DNA of 64,000 bases from Paraspadella gotoi (GCA_051294375.1 CM119264.1:20240248-20304247); one strand, 5' to 3'. Numbered from the stretch's first letter, positions 25,901-40,006 are shown. Numbers and translations are program-made. The notes: generated from the letters alone by a model not told the origin.

Positions 25901-26093
25901 TTAAAAGAAAAAAAATGAACGATCACGCAAAAGATCGTACAGAGAGAGAGAGACAGAGAGAGATACAGAGAGACACAGAGAGAAACAGAGAGAGACAGAG
26001 AGAAACAAAACTGTACAGTCACTGCAGAGCCTGAACTCATTTTTTTCAGAAAAAGAGAAAAAAATATATATATAATTTAAAGAAATAAAAGAA

Positions 26094-26681
26094 AGGAAAA
26101 AAATGTTACAATTGTTTACAATTAGAAATTGTTACAATTTTTTCCAATCATAGCTTGTAAAAGATTTTATTTTTATTTGTATTAAAATTAAGATATAGCT
26201 TCTTATTAAAAAGGTCTTTTGATTTCCCATGTTTATTAAAGATTTTAAAAAAAATTTATGATATTCATCTTCAATATTATATACTGCAATATGTAAATTA
26301 GATTAAAGCATTTCTATATACTAATTTGGATATTATATTGAGTATTATAATCTAATTAGCATATTGCAGTAAATCATAATGAAGTAGAAATTCAAACAAA
26401 AAATACTTAAATCCAAATGTAATATGAAAATATCAAAGCTATTTCAATATGAGAAGCCATATCTAAATTTTTAACTTACTATGATCGCACACTTCGTAAT
26501 TCAAAATAATTTTTATTTAAAAAAAAGGTAAGTCCCAGCCAAAACTATAAAAGCATAGTAGTTTTTATATAAAAACAGCGTGACGCCGACGACAACGACG
26601 ACAACGACGACATCACAAAGAAGAAATCCTAAATCATTATAGAGCCAGGACCAGGCGAAGCCTGTCCTGGCTCGATAAAAA

Positions 26682-26714
<33 letters not shown>

Positions 26715-28715
26715 AAGAAGCAGGACAGACGCTGCAGAACCGAAACTCGTTTTTAGATAAATCAGAAGATGCAGTGACTGAGAAAAAGAGAGAGAGAGAG
26801 AGCGACATATAATTAAAAGAAAGAGAGAGAGAAAGGGACATATAATTAAAAGGTTTTTGTTTTGTAAATACGAATAAATAAATAAATACGAATATTGATA
26901 TGAAACATGACAATTTTAAAGATCTTGATCATTAGAAGCCATATATAAATTTTCAACTCCCTATGATATCACACTTTCAGAAGCCATGATTGCAAAAAAG
27001 CTTGACGCCGACGACGAAGCCGGTCCTGGCACGATAGAAATATACAATCAGGAGGTACGAAATTCAAGAAAGGAAGTACAGGGCTACAGGCTTATATAAA
27101 TTTTAAGGCTCGTACACTATTACACTAAATTCTAAGGCGGGCCAAAATTGAACACTTTTTATAACTTCTAGTTCTCTCTAGTAACTCAATCGATTTTCAG
27201 TGAAACATTTTGAATTAGATCATTGGGTTGTTGCAATGAAGCTTTTAAATATTTATTAATATATAACAAATGACAAAAATTTTGTTTGAAAATTTTATTT
27301 TTTAAGAACGGATTCCTATAGAGTTTGAAAAGTTAAATGAAAGTTAGTACTACAGTTTTTTTCAAGTTTTGAAAATAAATTGGTTAAAAAAAGAAAAAAA
27401 CCTTTAAAAAAATCATCATCATTGGCTGAATTTTATAGTTTTTTCATTAATAAAAAAAATTTTAAATTTTGTATTAATTACCTTTATCCAACTTTTAAAG
27501 CTCTATCAGAATCTATTTAAAAAATTCAAAAAACATTTTTAACTTTATAAAGTAATAAAATAATCTTTAAATGCTTCCGTGCGCTTATCAATAAACTAAA
27601 TTTTAAAAATTATTTTCATTTTCATATTCTCTAAGTCACTTAACCATTATTTATTTGAAAGAACTTCTAGTTTTCAACCTGTTAAATTTTATTAAAATCT
27701 TATGGGCAGTGATTTTTTAAAATGAAGTACTCTACCGCAAAGCTGAAAGCTATTAAGTGGCTCTTTTTTTTCACACGAGTGCATAAGAAAAACATTGAAA
27801 AAGTGACGATGAATTTCAAGAAAACAGACGGCGATCGCGATTCCTAACCCAACTTTTTGCCGCCCCTTTTCCCCTTGGTTATTCGAGATCCAATTTCCCA
27901 TTTTCATCAAGGCCAACCGGGGGATTTTTCTCTTTTTATTTAGCCATCTTTCCTTTATCTTCTTTCTTTTTCTTTTTATCGAGCCTACCGGTAAAGCCAG
28001 TTCAGGCTCGATATTGTTTCGGGTGAGGTTCTTTGTGACGTCGTCGTCGGCGTCACGCTTTTATAGTTTTGTCTGGGACTTATGAAGTTTTATAAAAGTG
28101 TGCGATCATAGTAAGTTAAAAATGTAGATATGGCTTCTCATTTTGAAATAGCTTTGAGATTTTTATATTACATTCGATATTAATTCGGGTCAGCTTCTTT
28201 GTGTCGTCGTCGAAATCGTCGGCGTCACACTTTTTTGTATAAAAACTACTACGCTTTTATAGTTTTGGCTGGGACTTACCTTTTTTTTTTTAAATAAAAA
28301 TTATTATGAATTACGATGAAGTTTTTTAAAAGTGTGCGATCATAGTAAGTTAAAAATTTAGATATGGCTTCTCATCTTGAAATAGCTTTGAGATTTTTAT
28401 ATTACATTTGGATTTAAATATTTTTGTTTGAATTTCCACTTCATTATGATTTACTGCAATATGCAAATGAGATTATAGTACTCAATATAATATCCAAATT
28501 ATTATATAGAAAGCTTTAATCTAATTTACATATTGCAGTAAATAATATTGAAGATGAAATTCATAAAAAATCTTTGAATCAATAAAAAACATGTGAAATC
28601 AAAAGACCTTTTTAATGAGAAGCTATATCTTAATTTTAATAAAATAAAAATAAAATCTTTTACAAGCTATGATTGAGAAAAAATTGTAACAATTTCCAAT
28701 TGTAAATTTTGAAAA
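26094..28715. repeat. Inverted pair of HINE-like copies (family C)
   Basis: ~26094-26680 is largely the reverse complement of ~27972-28715; terminal hairpin atcgagcc..ggctcgat, (GTC)n tract. Confidence 0.65.
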
Positions 28716-28717
28716 TT

Positions 28718-29253
28718 TGAATATTATACCACTTCATTGATAGGGAAGCCAGGTACTCTGGAAGTGAATAAACGAGACTGTGAGAGAGTCTTGATTGAAA
28801 GCTTGCAGGGACCTGCTGTCATAGTAAGAGTGATGGAGGCCTTAAACACCAAAGCCTGTCCAAAGTCAGGGGCAAGATAGCTTATTTATTAAATGAATGG
28901 ATAATTTTTATATTGGTTGTACCAATTTCATAAAATTCAGCTCCTTGTATTTTGATGCTAGTGCGGAGTACAATAAGTATTCCCCGATCTAATACTTAAG
29001 GGAGTGGTCTTTTCATACAATTGAAACATTCTTTGAATATTATACCACTTCATTGATAGGGAAGCCAGGTACTCTGGAGTGAATAAACGAGACTGTGAGA
29101 GAGTCTTGATTGAAAGCTTGCAGGGACCTGCTATGTCATTATCTTGTAAGAGTGATGGAGGCCTTAAACCACCAAAGCCTGTCCAAAGTCAGGGGCAAGA
29201 TAGCTTATTTATTAAATGAATGGATAATTTTTATATTGGTTGTACCAATTTCA
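28718..29253 (+). mobile_element. Unclassified element: two ~215-220 bp TG...CA direct repeats around a ~103-bp core
   Basis: Repeats 28718-28930 and 29034-29253; related pieces at 19448-19927, 48090-48250, 38949-39008, 36097-36130 and 15139-15220 (reverse). Confidence 0.7.
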
Positions 29254-29263
29254 TATTGTAACA

Positions 29264-30077
29264 TTTTTTTAGTCGGATCTGCTTTCAGCAGATTCCGACT
29301 CTATAATTCACTTTGTCGGTCTGTCGGTCCGCCTCCTCAATCTTGTCGGGCATTCACTTATATCATGTCAGAATATTGAATTATGATAAATTATGAAAAA
29401 AAAACGATGTCCGTCCATCCGTCCGTCCTTCCGTCCGTCCATCCTTCTAACCATCCGTCCATCCGTCCCACCTTAGCAAAAAACACCAATTACTCATGAT
29501 TGGATGGATGGATTGGAATTAAATTTTGTGTGTGGGTAGGGAAGTGTGTGATTGAGCTGGATATGAAGTTTCGATAAAATCGTCCGAGTGGAAATGAACA
29601 AAAAAATATATTTCACTATTTGAACACCAATTACTCATGAGTGGATGGGGCGATTGACTTGAAATTTTGTATTTGGGTGGAAAAGTGTGTGATTAAACTG
29701 GAAATCAAGTTTCGATGGAATCGTTTGAGTGGAAATGAGTTTAAATTGAAAAAACAATGAACCTGTTTCACTAATTGATTATGCTTCTTTTTCTTTTTAT
29801 TTTAAATGTAAATGCAAGATATATTAATTAATAAAATAATTAATTAGTTAATTAATCAATTAGTCAATTAATTAATCAATAATTAATTAATCAGTTAATT
29901 AATCAATCAAAACAAACATTTTGGATCAAATTAATTGCATAATTGCATAATTAAATAATTAACTTGTATAAATTAATTATTAATTAATTGAATAATTAAT
30001 TAAATATTTATTAATTAATTAATTAATTACCGATAATAATCGTGAGCAGATCCGACATTGTTTGCTCAAACTTGTTT
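29264..30077 (+). mobile_element. DINE-1/HINE-like element, family A
   Basis: Same termini; (TCCG/TCCA)n at 29409-29470 and (TAAT)-rich tract 29820-30030. Confidence 0.75.
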
Positions 30078-30080
30078 CCT

Positions 30081-30651
30081 TTTATGGTGGACTAAAATCC
30101 ACCAACCGTTCATCAGCGGCCATTGGTGTCGGAGGCAAGTCATTCGCCTCCCAACCTAAAGGTCCGGGGTTCTAGCCCAGTGGTCGCCTAGCAGTTAAGA
30201 GGAACGGGGCGCTTAACCCGCCTGTAACACGGTGTTACGGCCTGATCCGAAGCTCAGGGACTGCTTATATTGAACAGTTCTGTCATTAACACATAACAAT
30301 AATTACTGTCTCTTCATTGGTGAGCCCGACATCCGAACACAGCAACAAGACTTTCAGGCGACATGCCTCAACCTGGCGATGCACTTTCCACCCGCAACAC
30401 ATCAGGCGACATGCCTCAACTTGGTGACAAACTTTCCACCAACAACAACAATTCACTGAAGAGTCCTAACAGACTTCTTCCTACGGGAGAGGGGGATGTT
30501 TGGTGGACTAAAATCCACCAACCGTTCATCAGCGGCCATTGGTGCCGGAGCCAACCCAAAGGTCCGGGGATCTAGCCCGCCTGTAACACGGTGTTACGGC
30601 CTGATCCGAAGCTCAGGGACTGCTTAAGTGCTTATATTGAACGGTTCTGTC
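30081..30651 (+). mobile_element. TRIM (miniature non-autonomous LTR element) with tRNA-like cassette in LTR, copy 1
   Basis: 236-bp 5' LTR ending TCTTCA (30316); PBS ttggtgagcccgac; 180-bp internal part with a ~42-bp tandem duplication; PPT gggagaggggga; 3' LTR from TGT at 30497 (internally deleted and truncated). Confidence 0.88.
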
Positions 30652-30671
30652 AGCGGCTGTCCAGCTTTCTT

Positions 30672-30705
<34 letters not shown>

Positions 30706-30937
30706 ACTCTGTACGATCTCTTGCGGGACCGTTTTTTGAAAAAAAATGATTATTTTTTTCCTTTTAAAAACTTTTATTATCGCCATTTATTCCGCGCTTT
30801 TTTCTCAATGCAAAATCCCAAATTTACATCCGAGATTTTCGTGGATTTTTTCTCTTTAATTCTCTCTCTCTTTCTCTCTCTCTTTCACTCATACACGCAT
30901 TTGTTTGTTTTTATTTATGATGAATGATTCCTTGCGT

Positions 30938-31201
30938 CAATGAATGACTATCATCGCATCAATGAATGACTATCATCGTATCAATGAATGATTATCATCA
31001 CATCAATGGATGAATATCATCGCATCAATCATTTGGTTATTATCACATCAATCATTTGGTTATCATCACATCGATCATTTGGTTATCATCGCATCAATTA
31101 TTGGTTATCATCGCATCAATATTTGGTTATCATCGCATCAAATATTTGGTTATCATCGCATCAACCCTTTGGTTATCATCGCATCAATATTTGGTTATCA
31201 T
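30938..31201 (+). repeat. ~21-22 bp minisatellite (ATCATCGCATCAATATTTGGTT) within a dispersed repeat
   Basis: About a dozen tandem units; related arrays at 9437-9650 (+) and 24465-24650 (-). Confidence 0.85.
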
Positions 31202-31280
31202 TGAAGGTAGGCTCGATCCTATTCTTTTAAGATTTTTTCTTTTCTTTTCTTTTCCCTTCTTTCTTTCTTTCTTTCTTTCT

Positions 31281-31356
31281 TTCATTCGTTCATTCATTCA
31301 TTCATTCATTCATTCATTCATTCATTCATTCATTCATTCATTCATTCATTCATTCA
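31281..31356 (+). repeat. (TTCA)n microsatellite
   Basis: Near-perfect tetranucleotide run. Confidence 0.95.
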
Positions 31357-31590
31357 TTTTTTATTTCTTTTTCATCATATTCATCCACTATCATCGTCGT
31401 CCTCTTCTTGATCCCAAAAGCTGAATTATGGTTCATAAACGTCAATTTTTGTGTCGCTGAGGCGAGAAGTGAATTCGCGGTAACAAGGTATTCTGGTTAT
31501 GAGATGCCATTTAAAACCATTTATGTGAGACCAAAGCTATGAAACGAGAGAGAGAGAGAGAGAGAGAGATAAAAAAAATTTAGACATATA

Positions 31591-31854
31591 TGTAGTCGGG
31601 CATTGCCTAGGTTCACCCCGCCTAGAATCATGACACTTTCAGTTGTGGCCCGGTGGCTCATGACCACTAGGTACCGGGTTCAATCCCAACCCGGTACCTT
31701 TCTGCAGGAAGCGTGAGGACGGCCGTAAGCCGCCTTGGGGGCATGGCAAACCCTCAAGCCTGGTTCAAAGCCCAGGGACCCGTTCCATGGCTGCTAGAGG
31801 GGGTTATAGAAGTTACGGACAGTCATCTTCAGTCCACGTAGCGCCTTATCCACA
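31591..31854 (+). mobile_element. Second copy of the tRNA-box solo-LTR-like element
   Basis: TGT...ACA, TATA flanks; 21-nt deletion between gctcat microhomologies relative to the 20697 copy. Confidence 0.7.
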
Positions 31855-34492
31855 TATATCCGTTTTCTAATACATAAAGCAAAATTGTACATACATACAT
31901 AAGCATTCAGGCCAAGAAAATAAATAATAGAAACTAAATAAATACTTGATTTTCAAGTAATTCCTAATGGCATGCGATGCAGCAATGATTCATCAAGACT
32001 AGAATACATGATGACAATTTTAAACCCGCCGCTAAAAAAAGCTGCTATTTTTAAATTCATATATAATTTGTAATATTAAATACTAATTTATAAGTAAAAA
32101 CCAAAACTATTTATTATGATAGCAGGAAAATAGATTTGAAAATCGTCCTTTTTTTTTTTCTCTCTTACTTTCAGTAAACTTTTCTAAGAAATGTTTAATA
32201 AAATAGTATACTATCTAGAAAAAAGTATAAAACATAAATTATTAGATATTATTAGAATTATTAGATAAATAAAACATTTTTAAAAAAGAAAGCAATATAT
32301 ATTTGTTTAAATAATATAGATTAAATACTAAATCCTTCATAAAATATAAAAATAGAAAATAGTGAAACAAGTAATTTGCAAATTTTCATAATTCATTTAT
32401 TCAATAAAAAGTATACAATACATGGGTAAAACATTTTTAATATTTAGTATGCCCTTCCTTTGCATTGACTACTGCCTGCATTTATCTGGGCATGCTCTCA
32501 TACAGCAAATTGAGGTATGACAGTAAAATATTTTTCCACATCTTTAACGCAATTCTATTCAGCCCCGATGTTGTTGTTGCGCATCTTTCCCTCTTTTCTG
32601 AGTGCTATAATAGTACTTTTTTGAACCAAAAAGAGGTGCAAGGCTTTTAGCATTACAAAATTTAAAAAAAAATAACTCTAACTAAATACCAAAAATTGTG
32701 GAAAACTAAATATGATTTTTTGCGACATTTTTCATTTGAAGTAACAATATTTTTTTGCCTCTAACTTCTAAACGATTTGACCTATAAAAAAAGGAAGGAA
32801 GCTACTGAAAGGAAATTCAATGTAAATTTAGAAACATTCTGATTTTTTTTAAATAAAACAAGTTTTGGAGTAGATATCCTATTATTATTATTGTCTGAAA
32901 ACCCTTGCAAATATTAAGAGAATGAAATTTTCACCATGTAGAATTGCAGATTGATGTTGATGTTGGTCTCTTTCCCTATTTTTTGCAATATATTCTCCGA
33001 ACACTTCTCTCAATGTTAAAAATCCTCTTCTTTGAGCGTTTTTAAAAGGTAGCTGATAGAGAGAGAGTGTGTGTGTCTGTTCATACTAATTCTTGTTCGT
33101 TGGCAGTAAGCCATGATTTTTTTAAAAAGAGAGGAGAAATAAAAAGATACAAAGAGACGGCGAGAGTTAGTGAGGCGCTGCCTTGTCCCAGACAAACAAT
33201 TTCCTTGACGTTGGCAAAACGACAAGTTGTTTTGTTGATCGTTTAACTTTTCAGGTATCCATTAATCAGGCATCACCATCAGCTTCATAAATTTTCCGCT
33301 TTGTCTCATGAGTTAGTTTGGTGACTGAAAGGGTTTTGGAGCGAGGATAGCAGTGGATGGAGGACTGGAGTAGGGAAATGACTTTGTTTTGATATTGGAT
33401 TATGAAAATTCGTTCTCTACGTTATTGTTTCCTTTTTGGTGCTGCAACAGTATGTGTATTATAACCTAAAACGAGCACTGTTTCAAATGTTTTTTTAAAT
33501 CTCACTGCTTTATTTGAAAAGTTTTAACACGGCGAGTTGCCAACGGATTGCTAAAAGATTTTCGTTCGCGGTCGGAAGCTTAGGACTTTACGCCCACATT
33601 AATCGAATGGCCGCTTATGGGAATTCCTCGTATTTATCGGTCGAGAACAACTGTTTTAGCGTCGCTGACGTGAAAAGAAACGAGAATGACGATGACGACG
33701 ACGACGACTTCGAGCACAACGACGAGCATATTCACAAATATGGGATGGTCTGGTGTTCGAGGCAGGGTCCTATTAAAATTTTTGGGAAATGTATGAAAAT
33801 TTGCAAATTACTTGTTTCACTATTTTCTATTTTTATATTTTATGAAGGATTTACTATTTAATCTATATTCTTTAAATATATATGTATTTCTTTCTTAAAA
33901 ATATTTTACTTATCATTATATCTAATAATTCATTTTGGGAAGGGGAAGTCAGTGTTGTCTTCTGGAAATAGAGGGAGCATCTCTACAACACAAGGTTAGA
34001 TTACTATATATCTATATTATTATTATTATTATCTATATATCTATATTATTTTGATATGCGATGCAAGCTAAAACATTTACCTAAAATAAGATAACGGTAA
34101 GTTAAATATTTTTCTAATTGAAAATTTGGGAATATGTTAGGGAGCCTCCCACTTTCTAAAATCGTGAAATCGACCACGAATTATCGACGACGACGATGAC
34201 AACAATGAAAACAACCATGACGACGAAGGCCAAAATGTATTTCGACCTGATCGAGCTTGGAACTTAAAACTAAGAATAGAAGCCGCTTGATCAAGCCGCG
34301 AGAGGACTTGACATGCATTTTGACATGGGCGCGTATACGTTGAAAGACTATAAATAGAGAAAGGGAAAGATATCTAAAATTTCTAAATCTAAAGATTAAA
34401 AGAGAGAATTAAAAATAGAGGGCCATTTTTTTATAAAACAAAAAAAAAGGAAAATAAATTTCAGGGGTTAAGTAAATCACTAAATTTACAAT

Positions 34493-35140
34493 TGAAGAGA
34501 CAATAATTATTGTTATGTGTTAGTAACAGAACCGTTCAATATAAGCAGTCCGTGAGCTTCTGATCAGGCTGTAACACCGTGTGACGGGCGGGTTAAGCGC
34601 CCCGTCCCTCTTAACTGCTAGGCGACCACTGGGCTAGAATCCCGGACCTTTGGGTTGAGAGGCGAATGACTTGCCTCCGGCACCAATGGCCGCTGATGAA
34701 CAGTTGGTGGATTTTAGTCCACCATACATCCCTCCCTCCAGTAGAGAGAAGTCTGTTGTGTCTCTTCAGTGAATTGTTGTTGTTGGTGGAAAGTTCATCA
34801 CCAAGTTGAGGCATGTCGCCTGATGTGTTGTTGGCAGAAAGTGCATCGCCAGGTTGAGGCATGTCGCCTGAAAGTGTTGTTGATGCTGTTGTGTTTGGAG
34901 GTTGGGCTCACCAATGAAGAGACAGTAATTATTGTTATGTGTTAGTGACAGAACCATTTAATATAAGCAGTCCCTGAGCTTTAGATCACCGTGTTACAGG
35001 CGGGTTAAGCGCCCCATTCCTCTTAACTGCTAGGCGACCACCGGGCAAGAACCCAGGATCTTTGGGTTGGGAGGCGAATGACTTGCCTCCTGCACCAATG
35101 GCCGGTGATGAACGGTTGGTGGATTTTAGTTCACCATACA
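34493..35140 (-). mobile_element. TRIM with tRNA-like cassette in LTR, copy 2 (both LTRs)
   Basis: LTRs 34915-35140 and 34493-34728 (TGTATGG...TCTTCA); PBS ttggtgagccc; PPT ggagggaggga; no clean 4-5 bp TSD seen. Confidence 0.9.
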
Positions 35141-38100
35141 ATGAATGGAATGAAAGTATGTGTTCAGGAAATGTCCTCGCAAAAAGTTTTAATTTATTTA
35201 TCCAAATTTGGATAACGACAAAGGAAAAAGTGACTTTCCGCAAGTGATGAGTGAAAGAGGGAAAATCCACGCAGTAAACGCTTTTGTCACCCCACGCGAC
35301 TAAAAAGTCGGATGACGAACCGAGAATTGAGATGCGAAGAAAATATATGATCCGATAAAACTAATTTGTTGCTGCTTATTTCATCTTTGATCTCTGATAT
35401 TTCCTCAATATCTTTTTATTTACGATCTCGTTTACTTAAAGGTAATTCCGTTAACGATACGACATCCGGTAAACGAAATCCATTATCGCACACATCTTGC
35501 ACCTACAGTTTTAAAAATAAAACTCAAGTATTATGTTTTGATAAGTTTTATTAAGTTCCATTATGTATTAAGTTACTCTTATTGTTACATATTTATATAG
35601 TATACATAATTGCTTTTTTCTTATATCTGCTCGTTAAACTGCAATCTTTTGAGGGACATACATACTAAGAGATGGGTTTGTTGTTAACAAAAGACAGTTT
35701 AGAAGATAACTAATGAGCTTTTTCCGCGCGACTCCATAACCCTGAAGAATAGAGAAAGTCTTTACCGCGAGGAATTGAAAGTGCTTCGTCTCAAAGGATC
35801 AATTTATTCTAATCTCACCTGGATTGGGTTTTTTTTTCGAACTAATAATATTTAAATGTCAAAACTACATGTTTTCCTCTATTAAAATGCTTATGTTTTT
35901 AATTTATACTGATGCCAAACTGATGTCTCCCGTGCAACAAATGCTCTTTTTTCAGCTCGAAGTCTCGGTGGAGCTGATCCCTCCCATGCCGAGACTCCAG
36001 GGATTTGATCTTTTAGAAACTGGAAAAGATTAATTTTCTAGAGTTAAACTAGAAAAAATTAGAATGTACAACAACAATAATATTCTCTTTTAAATATGGA
36101 TAATTTTTATATTGGTTGTACCAATTTCATGTAATATTTTCTTTAGTCATTTCATTTCATTTCTCGAAATTCTTGGAAATGAAATGATTTTAAAAACGGT
36201 TCTTGGTTTTTTATGCTGAAGAAGAAGTTTAACATTTTAAAACACATACTGTATGTACGTAGTTTAATAAAAAAATATTTCTCGTCGTGCAACGATTTTT
36301 CTAAATTTTCTTGAAAGGCAAAAACCCCAATCCCATTGTAAAATTCCCCGCGTACACTTCCAGGTTCCCAACGCTGCCTCGTTTTAGTCTTTCACATTTT
36401 TTTATGCCCCTCACGCGTTCATTTCTCGTCATGACTTCTCGCCATCTTTTTGTTGTCGCTCGAAAAACTGAAAAAAAAAAATAGAAACTCGACAAGCAAT
36501 AATCATTTCACAAGAAAAAAGAACATCGGACTGAAAACAACTAATATTTTTCTAAGCTTATCCTCCCGAAAAAAAATTAAGGCAATAACGGCTCAACGTG
36601 ACGGGGGACAACAACGACGACTGCTGTGGAGAAGTTGTTTGCTGATTGCTCGAACGAGAATGAGATGACATCAAGTACCTAATATTGATTTTTCTCTTTT
36701 TAATTATGACTTTTTTTTCCTAGAAAAGAACGTTTGATATTGCGTCACAGTTCTTAATCGCCCTAAACGTGAAGAAAATAAAAAGTAATAAGAAAACGGG
36801 GACGATGAGACAGAAAAAGCGATCAATAATGTTTGCACGAAAAAAAGATCGAGAGAATAATGAAGAAAACGTAGTGGAAAGAAAACAGCGAGGAGCAAGA
36901 GAGGGTGGAAAGGATAGGAATTGGCAAGAGTATTTAAAAAACAAGAACGTTAAAGAAAGTGCGAACGAACGAACAAACGTTTAAAAGAAGGCAGGAACGA
37001 AGGAACAAGCAAAATGTTATTAGTGACACCGTAACAGTTCAGTTTAAGCCTTTGAATTCGATTTACATGAAATGACGCAGCCACTGCTATGGACTAATAT
37101 TTTGTTAAAATTGTTGTCAATAGAACGATAAGAGAACGATATGGCACAAATAATTGGGTCAAACGGGTGTTCTATAACGGGGAGTGAATCAAAATTTAGA
37201 ATATTATTTACCATCAGATTTTATAGGCAAAAATTATTAATTATCTTTTTATAATACACTAAAATAATAACTGATGTTTTCTGTTTTTTATATAGGTTTT
37301 ATTTTTCTCATGCTCTTACAATATGCTGCGCTACTAAAAATAATGCAACATTGGTAGAATTTGCTCTGCGCCGGTTTAGTGCTTAAAACCACTACTAAAT
37401 ATGTTAATGTTCCCTATCAGTATGTTATATTATTAAGAAGGTTATTAAGAATAAGACTAAGTCGGGAAATCGTGCGCTCAAGCCCGAGTCGATTAGAGCC
37501 ATTTATAAGGATGCTGCAGGTAGGAATTGTAGCATACTCAAAACAAACAATATGTACGCTAGTAGCTCATTTCTATGGTAAAAGGAAAATTCGAAGGAGA
37601 GCAAATAAAGAACTCCATTTAGAAATATTTATTAGGACATATTATCTTTACTATCCTATGGCCATTTAACTGTCGCAGTTTAACAAGACCTATTTTAACC
37701 TTAACTAATAAAAGTAAATAGCTTAATGCAATCTCCTGCATCATCAGATGAAAGAAAAATACTTCCTTAGATTTTTGCTACTGATAATTTTGTAGGTGTT
37801 AAAAGCTTATTTAATAGGCTATATTTTCTGTTAATTTCAACCAATTTTATTTATTTTTGTTTAACAAATTATGATAAAGACTGAAACTGCAACTTTTTGA
37901 CTTTAAAATTAATTCATAGGCAAACTATAAATGATTTAAGCAAATAAATTTACACAGGGGTAAAGAAGATAAGGAAGAACGGATTTTCAAAGTAAAAAAT
38001 ATTTCTCAACTTTTCTTGGCATTCAAATCATAGGTCGTAAGTAAAAATGGACAAAAATGGACATAATTTTTTTTCCTAAAAGTTGCCAAAATGGTACTCT

Positions 38101-39255
38101 TTTTATCATTAGAAACGGGTGGAGATGTTTCTAACCAATCCTTCGTTTGGCCCAATTTGTGTTGTGGCACAAAGTTAATCAACATTGTAAGTAACAACTG
38201 AACAATAGTGGAAAGAGTCGTTTTTTGCCTAAATGCAACGTTTGTATGCGGAACCACTCTTGGGGTTATTATGCATGGCTGTAACAAAGGGCATTGTTGT
38301 ATACAGCTGAAAAAATAAAGATTTCAGCTGCAGCAACATTTTAATTTTTGACTGAATGATTTTCGGGTCTGATAATATCCACATCTAATTCCCCTAAACT
38401 GCGAAGAGGGGCGTTTTTAAGAGTGAGACCTATATGACTTTCAACCAATATATCAATGACAATGACTGATGGTATCTTGTTCATAATTAACTTTTAGAAT
38501 TTTCGTATGTAACTTTCCACTACGCTTACTGTACATGTATTTATATATCTCTTTAGTCCTTACAAAAACCGAAAAAAAAGAATGAACGCCATTCGAGCGT
38601 TTACTGTTTTTCTCTTAATTTGTATTCAAACGGAAAATGATTTTCAACAGGCAAACAGCGTTTCTCTTCTAACAAGACGAAAATTTGCATGAATAAAATC
38701 TGAAATTCACTTTTTAAAAAAAAATTTTTCTCAAAAAAATCTCTTTGCGTGGGTACAAAGAAAGTTAGGAAATTCTTGGATGATTCCAAAAAAAGCGTGG
38801 TATCTTAAAATCCATCAGCACGTAAAGTTATGCCTGGGGTTCGAGCCCAGTGCCCGCCTTACAGTAGAGGCCCAGAAATATATATAGCGATTATACAATG
38901 CGGTTTAAATATTGAGACCAAAGAAAACCGAAAAAAGCTGTAATTAACTCAGGGGCAAGATAGCTTATTTATTAAATGAATGGGCAATTTTTATATTGGT
39001 TGTACCGATTTTTTTTTTTTTTTGGATATTATGTTTAAGCTCTATAAATTTCGCTACATAACTATTATTAAAAAAACTTGAGATTTTACTGAAAATAGCT
39101 TAAAATCAGCTTGATGGCGGCCAATGGGCGCCGACCATACAGCTACTATATACAACGCACAGCCATAAACCACTCACGGTAATGATTCTCTGAAGCATTG
39201 GTCGAGAACGTGACCGTCGTTAACAAATTGCTTGTTGACAGCGGAGAAATTGCAT

Positions 39256-39558
39256 TTATACCGTCGCCGTAAATTCTTCTTTTATTCTCCAATCTTTTTT
39301 CACTCCTTCCTCCTCCTCACGTTCCTCCTTTAAATCCTCTCTTCGCTCATCCTCCCATCCTCCATATTCTCCATTTACTCTCATCGGTACGTTCTCCTCC
39401 TCCTCCTTCTCTTCCTCCCCCTCTCCACCCCGCCTCGCCTCACTCCGCCTTCTCCACCACCGGTAACAGGCCGAGTCTTTGACGAAACCAACGACCAAGT
39501 TGACGATGAGATTCCCCTCCTCCTCGTCGTCCTCGTCCATCTCCCATGCTTTTTTTTC
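39256..39558 (-). CDS. SLC6 terminal exon 11 (acidic tail)
   Basis: atgtccag|EKKAWEMDEDDEEEGN...KEEFTATV*; phase 0, 101 codons including stop, GC-elevated relative to flanks. Confidence 0.65.
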   Translation of the reverse strand, partial: EKKAWEMDEDDEEEGNLIVNLVVGFVKDSACYRWWRRRSEARRGGEGEEEKEEEENVPMRVNGEYGGWEDERREDLKEEREEEEGVKKDWRIKEEFTATV

Positions 39559-40006
39559 CTGGACATTGGGAAAATAATGTATTACAATAGTCATTCTATT
39601 CGGGTAATTTACTTTTAGTTTAGTTTCAAATGTACCTTCAACTGAATATTTATCCAAGATTAATACATATTACATAATGTAAAAAAAGAAAGGTAATCTC
39701 CTCGATCCTTCAAAGGAGGAATATTAAACAGTTAAAAAGCAGGAATAGATTAAAAACGTGCTTTGTTAACTTATGTTTTTCCTATCTTTACATATGTATC
39801 TGTTTCTCTGCGTAACTTCGTTTCAATGAAGTTTCAAGCTTGCCGCCCTCATCGTTGAACGAGCTTTCAAGTTTTAAGCTTGGATTTACGCATTCTGTCG
39901 CGCGACTAACTTCCTAATCTCGGAGTTATAACGTAAAATTTAAATATTCACATCAGAACTAACCACTTGAACCATGTATAACTATTAACAGAAAATTTTA
40001 ATACCG

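Noticed and set aside
30363-30575. Conserved small ORF MPQPGDALS... also at 34611-34862
   Set aside because: Similarity reflects two copies of the TRIM; the ORF runs through the PPT into the LTR.
30938-31201. CRISPR-like regular repeats
   Set aside because: Contiguous minisatellite without unique spacers, eukaryotic context, no cas genes.
39256-39270. Class I PDZ-binding C-terminus (..FTATV)
   Set aside because: Position -2 is Ala, not Ser/Thr.
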